From a virus: 64,000 nt of DNA. The DNA is taken from the IMG/VR virus record IMGVR_UViG_3300045988_183673. One strand, given 5' to 3'. The notes under the pieces are model-generated. The model saw only the letters and a program-made list of their open reading frames with translations, was not told where the DNA came from and made no database searches. Shown piece by piece: positions 17,192 to 26,183 of the stretch (positions within the stretch are counted from its first letter, which is position 1; every line of letters starts with the position of its first letter). Position numbers and translations under genes: made by a program.

Positions 17192-18214
17192 TCAGGTGTT
17201 TGCAAAATTCGGATTCTTCCAAATCAACTTATTCCCGTAATAGACTTCGGGAATGTACTTGATGGGAATTCTGCGATTGTCTTCGAGTTGCGAATCGTTG
17301 TTCGCGATAAACTCCTCGATGCGATTTTCTTCACTGCGCGGGGTGATGTTGCAAGTCGAAAAACCTCCACCGTACAGGATATCACTGTTCATCATACCTT
17401 TGACCGGATACTTTACTTCGGTCGTTTTACCGTTGATGTTCAGGACAAGGCGAACGGTTTCGTATTGCTTAGCAAGTTCCACAAGAAGCCTGAACATGAT
17501 TTCCTGAGTGTTCGGACTATTGTACTTTCTCATATACTCTTCCGTCAACTCTTCCACCACAGCCAATGTAATCCCGTATAGGCGTCCAGACCGCCCGGAA
17601 TTTGCCTTTTTGATTTTCTCCATCGTCCGTTCAGCCCAGCCGGTGGGATTAGCAAGATAATCCACTACCAGTTCATCGGCATTTGTGGATGTCAGGCCAA
17701 AGCAAGACCCGTTTCCAATCTCATCGACAATGCTGTCAATAGGGCTGCGATAATTCTTATACCCCTTTATTATGCGACAGAAAGCGTTCTGCCGTGCTAT
17801 CTTGTCGTAATGACTGCCCTTGAGAATTTTCTTGTCTTCTTCCGTCACATTCTCTCGGAACATATCGAACAGCTTCTGTGCCATTTCCTCTATGACAGAA
17901 TCCGAGGTAAAAGAAGAACGGCAGAAAATCGTTTTGAAGTCCTGTGTTTCATTGACGGTTTTGGCATTGTCGACAACGAGGCAAAGGAAGCGTATCTCTT
18001 GGTTGAATGTTACGGGTTTCTTTTCCAAGGTTCCATAAAACCGCTGCCCGTACAAGGCATCTACCTTGTGTTCGCCATTGGCGAGCGGAACACGAATGAA
18101 ACGGTAGTAGCGCCCGGACGGTTTTCCGGTATCGGGAATTGTGTTGCCTTCGAACACGGATGCGCCGGATTTGATAGCCTGCTCAAAATCCTCACGAGTT
18201 AAATTGATAGTCAT
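17192..18214 (-). CDS. Hypothetical protein (340 aa)
   Basis: RBS GAAAGGAAG 5 nt before the ATG. Confidence 0.55.
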   Translation of the reverse strand: MTINLTREDFEQAIKSGASVFEGNTIPDTGKPSGRYYRFIRVPLANGEHKVDALYGQRFYGTLEKKPVTFNQEIRFLCLVVDNAKTVNETQDFKTIFCRSSFTSDSVIEEMAQKLFDMFRENVTEEDKKILKGSHYDKIARQNAFCRIIKGYKNYRSPIDSIVDEIGNGSCFGLTSTNADELVVDYLANPTGWAERTMEKIKKANSGRSGRLYGITLAVVEELTEEYMRKYNSPNTQEIMFRLLVELAKQYETVRLVLNINGKTTEVKYPVKGMMNSDILYGGGFSTCNITPRSEENRIEEFIANNDSQLEDNRRIPIKYIPEVYYGNKLIWKNPNFANT

Positions 18215-18243
18215 AATTTCTTCCTTTCTGTTTTTATTATTTT

Positions 18244-19008
18244 TTAGCTATTTTCTTCGATGCACAATTCGCTGCTACGAATGTTTTCCAACCATTTTTC
18301 ATCCATAACATTGCCAATACGATACTTCCTCTGGGATTCATAGGACCAGTCACAACCGACGACAACATCACCGATGGCATTCAGATACAGTTCTCCATCA
18401 GTGATATTGATTCCGGCTTCATTTCCCGGTTTACAATCTCTCTCATATTCAATCACAAGTTCCGAAACTATAGGTTCTCTCTTTAGAATCTGATTTGCGT
18501 TGATAGTTTTGGCACGACCCTCGTTAATGAGATATTGCTTGCGAAAATCCGTTACTTTATCATTACGATTATATCTCAAACCGCTAAGAATACTCGCACT
18601 TTCGCGGGGAATTTCTTCATGAAAATCATCGCTGCTGATACAAAGACCACACGAATAGTCATCCTTGTCATCGCAATAATTCCACCATTCGAGGCTCGCC
18701 AAAGCGAGTTCTACCATCTTATCGACGGCTTTCCCGTTGGTTACCATATAAAAACTCCCAACGGAAATGTTTCGCTCTCTTACGGCGTTCAAAGTATAGC
18801 GAATAGCAGGAATGTTCAAAGAAATTTCTCCACCCGTAAAGGTCAAGGAACTGATGTATCCTGCATTAGCAAAACTGTCAAGAAACGCATCGATATATCT
18901 TTCCTGAATATCGACCGCCTCCGCATCACCACGCAAACAATGCGCACAGCACATATTACAGCGACGGGTAATCTCAATTACCACATCACATGCACTCGAA
19001 ATATACAT
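18244..19008 (-). CDS. Radical SAM enzyme (CX3CX2C) with additional C-terminal Cys pairs
   Basis: ITRRCNMCCAHC (C-x3-C-x2-C) near the N-terminus, and a GGE SAM-binding motif (TFTGGEISL). Start set at MYISSA (RBS AAAGGAG 8 nt upstream). Confidence 0.65.
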   Translation of the reverse strand: MYISSACDVVIEITRRCNMCCAHCLRGDAEAVDIQERYIDAFLDSFANAGYISSLTFTGGEISLNIPAIRYTLNAVRERNISVGSFYMVTNGKAVDKMVELALASLEWWNYCDDKDDYSCGLCISSDDFHEEIPRESASILSGLRYNRNDKVTDFRKQYLINEGRAKTINANQILKREPIVSELVIEYERDCKPGNEAGINITDGELYLNAIGDVVVGCDWSYESQRKYRIGNVMDEKWLENIRSSELCIEENS

Positions 19009-19025
19009 TCTATTTACTCCTTTCA

Positions 19026-19337
19026 TCAATTCTCGTCCGCAAAGCTCTCATTGCGGTCAACGATGATATCCACATCAAGTGGTGTAATTTTACCCAGACC
19101 GTAATTCAAGAAGAACGAGCCGGGAATGTCATCGACATCGCCCCAGTTCCAGCAACCACAGTTGATTTCAAGCTGTCGTTTGCCTTCGTCCGTCTTGAGA
19201 TAATCTTTGATTGCGCCGCGCAGGACGCTTTCCGGGTCATAGATTTGCTCCGGATTATAGCTGAATTGCATCAGCGTGCATTCCGTTGTGGATAAGTCAA
19301 TAGCCTCATTGGCAACAATTGTAAAAACCTTTGTCAT
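19026..19337 (-). CDS. Hypothetical protein (about 104 aa)
   Basis: Start set at MTKVFTIV (RBS GAGGAGGA 5 nt upstream). Confidence 0.45.
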   Translation of the reverse strand: MTKVFTIVANEAIDLSTTECTLMQFSYNPEQIYDPESVLRGAIKDYLKTDEGKRQLEINCGCWNWGDVDDIPGSFFLNYGLGKITPLDVDIIVDRNESFADEN

Positions 19338-19359
19338 AGTAATCCTCCTCAATAAACAG

Positions 19360-19815
19360 TCAGGCACAACGAACGCGAATGACATTATCATCATTCGACA
19401 AGCAAACAATCACGTCCACATCTGGCCCCTCTTTCTCAAGAGCACCTTCAAGGATTGGCTTGATTTTGTGCCATTGATTTTCTGTGATTTTGCAGCCGGG
19501 GCTCATAAGCAGAATATTTGCTTCGGCCAGCTTTGCTTTCATGACCACTTGTAGGAAACAACCGTATAGGTATCCGTAATTCACCTTGTTACTTTCAAGA
19601 CAAATCATATCTGCTATTACGGTCCTTTTATTACCATAGCAGTTCACAACATGTCCCAAGTGATGTTCAGATTTGTCATACCGTACCTTGGCATCCGGAA
19701 ACATGCTTTCAATAGATTCGTTTTTGAAAACACCACTGCTATCACAAAAAACACAAACGATATTTTTGCCGGGAAACTCCTGACTTGATAAACAGCTTTT
19801 TGTCTTTTTTATCAA
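19360..19815 (-). CDS. Hypothetical Cys/His-containing protein (151 aa, TTG start)
   Basis: ORF with a TTG start. No in-frame ATG lies near the RBS. Confidence 0.4.
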   Translation of the reverse strand: MIKKTKSCLSSQEFPGKNIVCVFCDSSGVFKNESIESMFPDAKVRYDKSEHHLGHVVNCYGNKRTVIADMICLESNKVNYGYLYGCFLQVVMKAKLAEANILLMSPGCKITENQWHKIKPILEGALEKEGPDVDVIVCLSNDDNVIRVRCA

Positions 19816-19844
19816 TTTTTCTTCATCATCCTTTCGGCGATAAC

Positions 19845-19880
19845 AAAAAATACCGCCACCTCTTACGAGATAGCGGTATG
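19845..19880 (-). terminator. Conserved accgccatctc-type leader hairpin plus U-run (copy)
   Basis: Minus strand ATACCGCTATCTCGTAAGAGGTGGCGGTAT-TTTTTGTT. Lies 30 nt upstream of the 19815 start. Confidence 0.5.
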
Positions 19881-19904
19881 TTGATTTTGAATTGTAATTG
19901 TATT

Positions 19905-19950
19905 TTATCTATCGAATATACTTAGTATATCGATTTTGCAGCAATTTGCA
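19905..19950 (-). promoter_or_regulatory. TTGCTGCAAA-box (copy 7) with the palindrome TCGATATACTAAGTATAT
   Basis: Minus strand TTGCTGCAAAATCGATATACTAAGTATATTCGATAGATAAAA. Confidence 0.45.
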
Positions 19951-20008
19951 AGCGCAGCTATTTAGTGGCGCTTCAACTTTTTCCGGGGGTTTTATTTTTT
20001 CGCTTTAC

Positions 20009-20806
20009 TTACAGCAAACTCATCTCTGCACGATACGCATTGGCGTCGTAGCCCCAGATATTACAAGCAAAATCGATTGCTGCGTTACCTTTGCTGGGAT
20101 AACCGTCGTCAACAAAATCTCCTTTGCAAAGCGCATACCATCCACAATTACTTCCGATATCCTCATCCGCATATTTTACACGAATATTGGCGTGTGGAAA
20201 TTTACGGCTCAGTTCGACAATGGCGCATGCAGGTGTATTCCAAGGGGTTTTAAAATTGATGGCAATTTCCGTATCATTTATTCTACGGATATTCACATCA
20301 AAAACATCCCACTTTACGCCCCAGTTTGCGACACGCCAATAATACCATGAAGCATATCCATATTTTACGGCATTTTCCAAAGCACGCTCCGCTACAGTAT
20401 CGAACTCTTCGACATTATAGGGGATACGTTTCAGGTTGATGAGTTTGCTATCTTTCACATGTTCCAGTTTGGAGCGAGCTTCCGCAGCTTCCTTGCAAAC
20501 ACCAACCATATCTGATGCAGTAAGTTTTTCCTTCCTGTGCAGGAGAAAAGTTTCTCTGCAAATAGCCTTTCTTACGTTTTCCGGATACTTCTCCGGGTCA
20601 ATTCCGTATTTATTTACGGCCGCCCATGCGAGCATCCTGTCACATGGCGATACGATTTGCAGTGATTCCGGCATAGGAACAACAGACTGAAGCGAAAAAT
20701 CTTTTTCGCCATCATCGTCTTTTCCCTTGACACGATTCAGAAAATCCTCCAACTCTGCCTGAGAATTGAAAGAAACAGACATGATATTCATGATATTGTT
20801 TGCCAT
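20009..20806 (-). CDS. Hypothetical protein (265 aa)
   Basis: RBS AAGGAG 7 nt before the ATG. Confidence 0.55.
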   Translation of the reverse strand: MANNIMNIMSVSFNSQAELEDFLNRVKGKDDDGEKDFSLQSVVPMPESLQIVSPCDRMLAWAAVNKYGIDPEKYPENVRKAICRETFLLHRKEKLTASDMVGVCKEAAEARSKLEHVKDSKLINLKRIPYNVEEFDTVAERALENAVKYGYASWYYWRVANWGVKWDVFDVNIRRINDTEIAINFKTPWNTPACAIVELSRKFPHANIRVKYADEDIGSNCGWYALCKGDFVDDGYPSKGNAAIDFACNIWGYDANAYRAEMSLL

Positions 20807-20823
20807 TTATTTTCTCCTTTGTC

Positions 20824-21012
20824 TTACGCGGGTATGCGTACGCAAGAATAGTGGCAAGCTCCACAATTCAGGAACTTTGCCCGCTTCATCGCCTCATCCA
20901 AGCTGAACCGCGTCGCTTCGTTAATGTTGGCAGTATCACTCTTACACTCTACGTAAAAACGCACATCTCCAAAAAACGGGTCTTTACGGCTTAGCGCATA
21001 CATATTTTCCAA
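20824..21012 (-). CDS. Hypothetical small Cys-containing protein (62 aa, TTG start)
   Basis: RBS GAGGAGG 7 nt before the TTG. Confidence 0.45.
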   Translation of the reverse strand: MENMYALSRKDPFFGDVRFYVECKSDTANINEATRFSLDEAMKRAKFLNCGACHYSCVRIPA

Positions 21013-21024
21013 AATAAGTCCTCC

Positions 21025-21765
21025 TCAAATGTACCTCTCCCAGAACTTTTCGAATTCCTCGCTCGGCATCTGTGCTTCCGTTTCATCCAACAGTCTTTCG
21101 TAAGAATCACTGGAAACATCGGTGCCAATAAAATCGGCAACGGCATCATGACCGCGCTGCATCAAGGCGTCTTTCAGAATCGCCCAACGACATTCGTGAA
21201 TGGCATCATCCAGCGTTTTGTTGCCAGCAGGCTGCCAATACTCGCCTGTCTGCTGAATTCGATAAAACTCATCCAGCGCATCATCAACATTGTTTTCGCT
21301 AAGAATATCGTCAATAAAATTGACAGGATAATCCTTGCCGTTGATTTCCACTTCTGCATAACTGAAACAGTCGTCGTCACACGGCATTGCTGCACAGGTG
21401 ACATCGAAAATTTCGTGCGTTTTCTTGTTTACCTTGCAAGGCAACTGGAATGTTGCTCCGGACTCGAAGTAAGAAAAGACAACCGCTTCCTCAACATCGT
21501 TGTCGGGACATTTCGCAGACTGGATGAATTCCGGCATAGACAGCACATCAATACTCTCTCTTCGGTCGCCCATGGCAGGATAAACCTTCATGATTGTATA
21601 ACCATCATGCTGCAGCTTTCGGATAGCACGGCACAGGTCGAGATGCATTTCATGAAGACTGATGCCACTACCTCGTCCGTCTTTTTTGGTATAGATTTCG
21701 ACAACTACATCTTCAGAGGTGGTCTGAACAACATAATAAGTCTTATCATTACAAATCTTAAACAT
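21025..21765 (-). CDS. Hypothetical protein (about 246 aa)
   Basis: Start set at MFKICNDK (RBS GAAGGGAGA 8 nt upstream). Confidence 0.5.
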   Translation of the reverse strand: MFKICNDKTYYVVQTTSEDVVVEIYTKKDGRGSGISLHEMHLDLCRAIRKLQHDGYTIMKVYPAMGDRRESIDVLSMPEFIQSAKCPDNDVEEAVVFSYFESGATFQLPCKVNKKTHEIFDVTCAAMPCDDDCFSYAEVEINGKDYPVNFIDDILSENNVDDALDEFYRIQQTGEYWQPAGNKTLDDAIHECRWAILKDALMQRGHDAVADFIGTDVSSDSYERLLDETEAQMPSEEFEKFWERYI

Positions 21766-21786
21766 AGCACTTATCTCCCTTCTCAA

Positions 21787-21984
21787 TCAAACAAAAGCCA
21801 GAAAATCGTTGGCCGGAATCTGTCGCTGGGCATCGTAAGCGGTGCCGTAGACATCATCACCCCAACTGATTTGCACATCCTTCGTCCACAGAGCAAGCTC
21901 AGACATTTTTGCTGCCACGGCTTTTGCGGAGCTGCAGATATACTTCTTGACGGCGTTGTTTTCTTTTACGTTAATTGTAAACAT
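21787..21984 (-). CDS. Hypothetical small protein (about 65 aa)
   Basis: Start set at MFTINVKE (RBS AAGGAGG 8 nt upstream). Confidence 0.45.
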   Translation of the reverse strand: MFTINVKENNAVKKYICSSAKAVAAKMSELALWTKDVQISWGDDVYGTAYDAQRQIPANDFLAFV

Positions 21985-22003
21985 TTCAATTTCCTCCTTA
22001 ACA

Positions 22004-22036
22004 CAACAAAAAACAGCCATCTCGATTGAGATGGCT
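22004..22036 (-). terminator. Conserved leader hairpin (cagccatctc...gagatggctg) plus U6, 22 nt upstream of the 21984 start
   Basis: Minus strand CAGCCATCTCAATCGAGATGGCTG-TTTTTTG. Confidence 0.5.
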
Positions 22037-22084
22037 GCACGAACAGATTTTGAACTAAAACAAGTCAAGGAATTGATACTTTGA

Positions 22085-22128
22085 TTTATCTTAGTTCCTT
22101 AATTATATCTACTTTGCAGCAATTGACA
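22085..22128 (-). promoter_or_regulatory. TTGCTGCAAAGT-box (copy 8)
   Basis: Minus strand TTGCTGCAAAGTAGATATAATTAAGG. Confidence 0.45.
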
Positions 22129-22159
22129 AGATAGCCACAACAGGAATGCAACATCGTAT

Positions 22160-22381
22160 TCACGGTACTTTTTCAACGACATCTTCACCGTAAACCACGA
22201 ACAGACCAGAGCCGTTATCCCAGCAAACCATGATACTGCCGGTATCGTCTATACCTGAAACTGTGCCGAGTGTTTCAATAGGCGGAGCCTGAATATCATC
22301 CATTTTCAGCAGTTTCACGCGTGTCCCAGCTGGATATTCGGCACGGAGCGCAGCGACGATTTCTCGATTTGGGAAAGTCAT
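22160..22381 (-). CDS. DUF4314-like small protein
   Basis: GTRVKLLKMDDIQAPPIETLGTVSGIDDTGSIMVCWDNGSGLFVVYGED matches the DUF4314 pattern, which is often found on conjugative-element and phage anti-restriction (ArdC-type) proteins. Confidence 0.5.
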   Translation of the reverse strand: MTFPNREIVAALRAEYPAGTRVKLLKMDDIQAPPIETLGTVSGIDDTGSIMVCWDNGSGLFVVYGEDVVEKVP

Positions 22382-22397
22382 AAATGTACCTCGCTTC

Positions 22398-22937
22398 TTA
22401 ATATGTCACGGTGTCAAAGAACTCCTGACATTCCTCATCGTTCAACACAACACCAAAGTAGGCAACACGCTCGACGGTGGTTTCCCACACCTTAACGGTA
22501 CGCGTCATAGGCTGAACGACCCACGAATGCTGTCGCCAAAGGCCATCTTCGCTCAGGGCATATCCGGTCGCAATCTGACATCTGCCACGATTTGCATCCC
22601 ACAGATAAGCAGCGTTCTGATGGCAACGACAATCTTCGCCCTTCTTCATGTACTTGGAGCCATAGAAGAACTGTCCTCGTTCCAAAACTTTTTCCGCATC
22701 CTCATCACGGGTATTGAGCAAAACCTCATCGCCGCCGAAAGTTAAAATTCTATCACGCAGAGCACGCAAAGTCTTTTTCATTTCGTTTGTGAGCCAAGGC
22801 GCGGTAGCGTCCTCGTTGTACAGCTGCATTGCCTCCACTCGTTTTTTCCAGTCCTCACTCATCGGATTCCACTTGATAGGTTTCGCAACCATATCAGGAG
22901 AAGTCATAGGCGTTTTAGCGTTCCAACTATATTTCAT
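22398..22937 (-). CDS. Hypothetical protein (about 180 aa)
   Basis: Start set at MKYSWNAK (RBS GAGGAGGG 10 nt upstream). Confidence 0.45.
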   Translation of the reverse strand: MKYSWNAKTPMTSPDMVAKPIKWNPMSEDWKKRVEAMQLYNEDATAPWLTNEMKKTLRALRDRILTFGGDEVLLNTRDEDAEKVLERGQFFYGSKYMKKGEDCRCHQNAAYLWDANRGRCQIATGYALSEDGLWRQHSWVVQPMTRTVKVWETTVERVAYFGVVLNDEECQEFFDTVTY

Positions 22938-22953
22938 ATCGATTATGCCCTCC

Positions 22954-23301
22954 TCATTTACAAAGTGCGGTATCAATACTCTTCGTAATAATGACTGTCC
23001 ATTTGGGCGATGCGTTCTTGGCAATATCCACACCGTAGCTGATAAGTGCGCCGGGATTCAGCAAAGTGTCATCGGCGGCCGCCATAACATCATCAACATA
23101 GATAACAGCAGGCTTATCAGCCAACATCGCAAGAGAAAATGCAGCCATTCCGCTATCAGTTCCCTTTTCTTTTTCAATATGCCTTAACAACATACCCAAA
23201 AAAGAACCAGTGCCGAGAGACTTTCCCTTGACAGAGATATGAATAATCTCCGGCTGAACAGTCCCAAAATCACCATGCTGAATTGTAATATCTTTAAGCA
23301 T
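22954..23301 (-). CDS. Hypothetical protein (115 aa)
   Basis: RBS AAAGGAA 4 nt before the ATG. Confidence 0.5.
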   Translation of the reverse strand: MLKDITIQHGDFGTVQPEIIHISVKGKSLGTGSFLGMLLRHIEKEKGTDSGMAAFSLAMLADKPAVIYVDDVMAAADDTLLNPGALISYGVDIAKNASPKWTVIITKSIDTALCK

Positions 23302-23368
23302 TATATTCCTTTCTTATACTTTTTAATAAAAACCGCTCACCCGAAAAGGTAAGCGGTTGGGTTTTGAA

Positions 23369-24052
23369 TTATGCAAGCAAAGGATATATTTCTTTCTTTA
23401 CAGCTCTCATCAGTGCTGCAGCATGCGCTGCGTTTTGTGCATTTCCGGCACCGGCATGAGAAATCTTAGGATTGACATGCGTGATGAAATTCTTTTTGTA
23501 AGGAGAAGAAATTTTCTTTGCAGCATCGATAATCTTGTTTGTGTTTTCAGTGTTAATTTTTTGCTGAATACACAATTCTCGAAGTCGTGCGCAAAAAACT
23601 TCCTTACTTTTGCTATCAGTGATAGCAGAAATACTTTTCACCGTTTCCGGTGATTCTTTTTGTGCGGGTGCTGCATCACAAGTCATTCGACTAACACAAA
23701 ATCCATTTTCGCACATGGTCTGAATAAGCCCATCATATCCTTTATCTCCCGATACGATGATATAATGGCTTTTCTTCCCTGTTGTGCAAAGGCTTCCAAG
23801 CTTGGCCGCAATGTGAAAATCCATGCTGTTTTTTCCTGCATTGGAATTGCAGAACTCAACTTGGTTAGCTGGATATTTTGTCAGGAATACCTGCAACTCT
23901 TTGAGTGACATACAGGTGGCCTCTGGACCGAGAAAGATAATTAGTTTATCTCTTTTGGTCTTGAAATACACTGTCTTTACCCATTTTTTAGGGATATTCT
24001 CAGTGTCAATCAGCCAAACGGTTCGAGTGCAGCTCACACATTTCACCCCCAC
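23369..24052 (-). CDS. NYN/PIN-like (LabA-type) nuclease-domain protein
   Basis: VWLIDTENI...IIVSGDKGYDGLIQ matches the NYN-domain acidic-residue pattern. Start ambiguous (GTG at 24052 or ATG at 24040). Confidence 0.45.
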   Translation of the reverse strand: MGVKCVSCTRTVWLIDTENIPKKWVKTVYFKTKRDKLIIFLGPEATCMSLKELQVFLTKYPANQVEFCNSNAGKNSMDFHIAAKLGSLCTTGKKSHYIIVSGDKGYDGLIQTMCENGFCVSRMTCDAAPAQKESPETVKSISAITDSKSKEVFCARLRELCIQQKINTENTNKIIDAAKKISSPYKKNFITHVNPKISHAGAGNAQNAAHAAALMRAVKKEIYPLLA

Positions 24053-24339
24053 ACTTCGGTGACTTTCCGAGGGATGCCGTGCTTGTCGATTTTCCGTCGA
24101 TAAATCGTGAATTTGCTCTTGGGATGAGCATTCACATAATCGTTTCTTGCGACATCGGTGTTCGCAATCAACAGATTTTTATCGGCAATAAGAACGCTTT
24201 CCCATCCGGAATCGAGAAGCGTACTGGCAACATCCTTGAAAGATACGTCTGCAGGCGTATCGCACTTACAAACCCCTCGTGCGATAGGATGCGCAGTGGC
24301 AATGATTTTTGCTGCCGTCATCACAGTCTCGTAACTCAT
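24043..24339 (-). CDS. Hypothetical protein (98 aa)
   Basis: RBS GGAGG 7 nt before the ATG. Confidence 0.5.
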   Translation of the reverse strand: MSYETVMTAAKIIATAHPIARGVCKCDTPADVSFKDVASTLLDSGWESVLIADKNLLIANTDVARNDYVNAHPKSKFTIYRRKIDKHGIPRKVTEVWG

Positions 24340-24351
24340 AGTGTCCTCCTA

Positions 24352-24609
24352 TCACGCCACCTCGAAATACTTTTCGACATCGCTGTTGATAGAACGCGCA
24401 GGAACACCCTTGGTCTTCTCACTGTAGTAGCCACGCTTTTTCAGCGTGTTCTTAACAATAGAAATGCTCTTGTCGCTGCGCATGGTACGCTTTCTCTTTT
24501 CGATGCGTGCAGAACGAATGCGCTTTTCGTACTTCTGCATACGCACAACATCCATGATGATAGGAGCAGTAGTCTCCGCGATATACTCATTAAAAGTTTT
24601 CATGTTCAC
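24352..24609 (-). CDS. Hypothetical basic protein (85 aa)
   Basis: RBS GGAGGA 9 nt before the ATG. Confidence 0.5.
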   Translation of the reverse strand: MNMKTFNEYIAETTAPIIMDVVRMQKYEKRIRSARIEKRKRTMRSDKSISIVKNTLKKRGYYSEKTKGVPARSINSDVEKYFEVA

Positions 24610-24640
24610 ATATCCTCCGTAATATATTATTTTTCTAAAT

Positions 24641-24675
24641 AAAAAAGGCAGCTATTTTCTCAAAAATAGCTACCT
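24641..24675 (-). terminator. Leader hairpin plus U6 (GGTAGCTATTTTTGAGAAAATAGCTGCC-TTTTTT), 35 nt upstream of the 24609 start
   Basis: Read from the sequence. Sits about 100 nt downstream of the box at 24745-24790. Confidence 0.5.
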
Positions 24676-24744
24676 TTAGTACATTGTGATTGGCGATAAT
24701 TCAATCATGCACGCCCACAAAACTCTGGTACGATGCATTGTGTG

Positions 24745-24790
24745 ATTTTATTTATCGGATAACTATATATTATTAACTTTGCAGCAATTT
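24745..24790 (-). promoter_or_regulatory. TTGCTGCAAAGT-box (copy 9)
   Basis: Minus strand TTGCTGCAAAGTTAATAATATATAGTTATCCGATAAATAAA. Confidence 0.45.
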
Positions 24791-24850
24791 GCAAGTACAG
24801 GATACAATAAAAAGCGCCTCCCGTATTACGGGGAAGCGCCTTAGTGTTAT

Positions 24851-25450
24851 TTATTCTTTGTTATCCGAAGAAATTTTCGGAGACTTCTTCTTCTCAACGA
24901 AAGCATCAATCGTTCGGCCGAAACGATTAAGAAGCATTGCGCCAAGATAAAGAATGATGCCGCTAATCATGATACCAACATCAAGCGTCTCAAATCCTGC
25001 GAAACTCTTGCAATAAATAGAACTGACTGCGAGAGCGCCAAGCGTTGGCAGCGAAGCAATCGTTACCGTAAGTGCCGCATACACAACACTATTCAGAACA
25101 GTACCAATACTTGCAATGATGCCGCGCTTTTTAAATGTGCGCTGCTTATCGTAGGACATCTGATAAGCCCCGATAAGACTTGGTTCACGAATAATGTCGC
25201 GCAGATGCAGCAGGCACCACGCCAAAACAGCACACCCGATGCCGCAGCCGACCTTATAGGCACTCATGCGAGAACCCCACAGGTCATTTGCGTTGGCGGG
25301 AACGACGAACGCCAGAATGTTGAACAGGACGGCAAACAAGACGAACATTGCCATGTGGGGATTCTTGGCAGTGTTGCGAGCCTCGTTCTTTGCCTTACTG
25401 GCGACTTCCTCGGTCTGATTGTGAATTTTTACATTGAGAATCTTTTCCAT
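24851..25450 (-). CDS. Integral membrane protein (4 predicted TM helices)
   Basis: Hydrophobic segments. RBS AAAGGAAAGG upstream. Confidence 0.55.
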   Translation of the reverse strand: MEKILNVKIHNQTEEVASKAKNEARNTAKNPHMAMFVLFAVLFNILAFVVPANANDLWGSRMSAYKVGCGIGCAVLAWCLLHLRDIIREPSLIGAYQMSYDKQRTFKKRGIIASIGTVLNSVVYAALTVTIASLPTLGALAVSSIYCKSFAGFETLDVGIMISGIILYLGAMLLNRFGRTIDAFVEKKKSPKISSDNKE

Positions 25451-25495
25451 TTTTTTACCTTTCCTTTCGTGTGGACGATTTAGTTGTAAATCGTT

Positions 25496-25813
25496 TTAAT
25501 CTCTGTGATAGCGTTGCATCATACCGAACATAGCCGCAAGCGCCAATGCAAGGTAGATGTAAGTGTATCCCTTTTCAATCATGTTCAGAATCACGATGGT
25601 AAAGCTCGAAAAAGCACCACAATAAAAAGCGGCACCAAGTTTATCGACCAAAAACATCAACATCTGGGCAACGACTGCCGCAGGAACAAGAAGCTTGAGA
25701 CGCTTGGCCTCAATGATTCCGTCCCAGTCAAGAACAGCAATGAAGCTGGCTCCCATGCAGATGACCCAAACAAAAGCGAAAATAAGGGTTGCTGTGTCAA
25801 AAAAGTTACTCAT
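25496..25813 (-). CDS. Small membrane protein (3 TM), tandem paralogue 1
   Basis: About 45% identical to the 25869..26183 product (FFD...DWDG..EAK...YCG.F.S.TI..L.MIE.....Y...YLA...AAMFGM..RYHR). Start set at MSNFFDT (RBS GGAGG 8 nt upstream). Confidence 0.55.
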   Translation of the reverse strand: MSNFFDTATLIFAFVWVICMGASFIAVLDWDGIIEAKRLKLLVPAAVVAQMLMFLVDKLGAAFYCGAFSSFTIVILNMIEKGYTYIYLALALAAMFGMMQRYHRD

Positions 25814-25868
25814 ATCAGTTACCTCCAAAATTACTGATGGTTTACGGGTTTATGGACATCGAATCGCA

Positions 25869-26183
25869 TTATCTGTGATAGCGCTTTGTCATGCCAAACA
25901 TAGCTGCAATCATAATCGCCAAATATGCGTACAAATACAAGTTCTCAATCATTCCAAGAACTGAAATTGTAAGACTGGCGAACATACCGCAATACAGAAC
26001 AGCACCAATTTTTTTGATGATGAACAGCGTGGCTTGCGCAATGATGGCGACAACGAGAAAAACTTTGATGTATTTAGCCTCAAATAAACCATCCCAATCG
26101 ATGGCAAGGAAGATACAAGCCCCCACAGCGAGAGCCCAAACCAAAGCAGCAACAGATGCAACAGCGTCAAAGAAGCTTAACAT
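25869..26183 (-). CDS. Small membrane protein (3 TM), tandem paralogue 2
   Basis: See paralogue 1. Start set at MLSFFDAV (RBS GGAGGT 7 nt upstream). Confidence 0.55.
   Translation of the reverse strand: MLSFFDAVASVAALVWALAVGACIFLAIDWDGLFEAKYIKVFLVVAIIAQATLFIIKKIGAVLYCGMFASLTISVLGMIENLYLYAYLAIMIAAMFGMTKRYHR

Noticed and set aside
900-24700. Calling the region a complete prophage
   Set aside because: No integrase, terminase, portal, capsid, tail or lysis genes can be recognised in the window. Only an early-region or leading-region-like content is supported.
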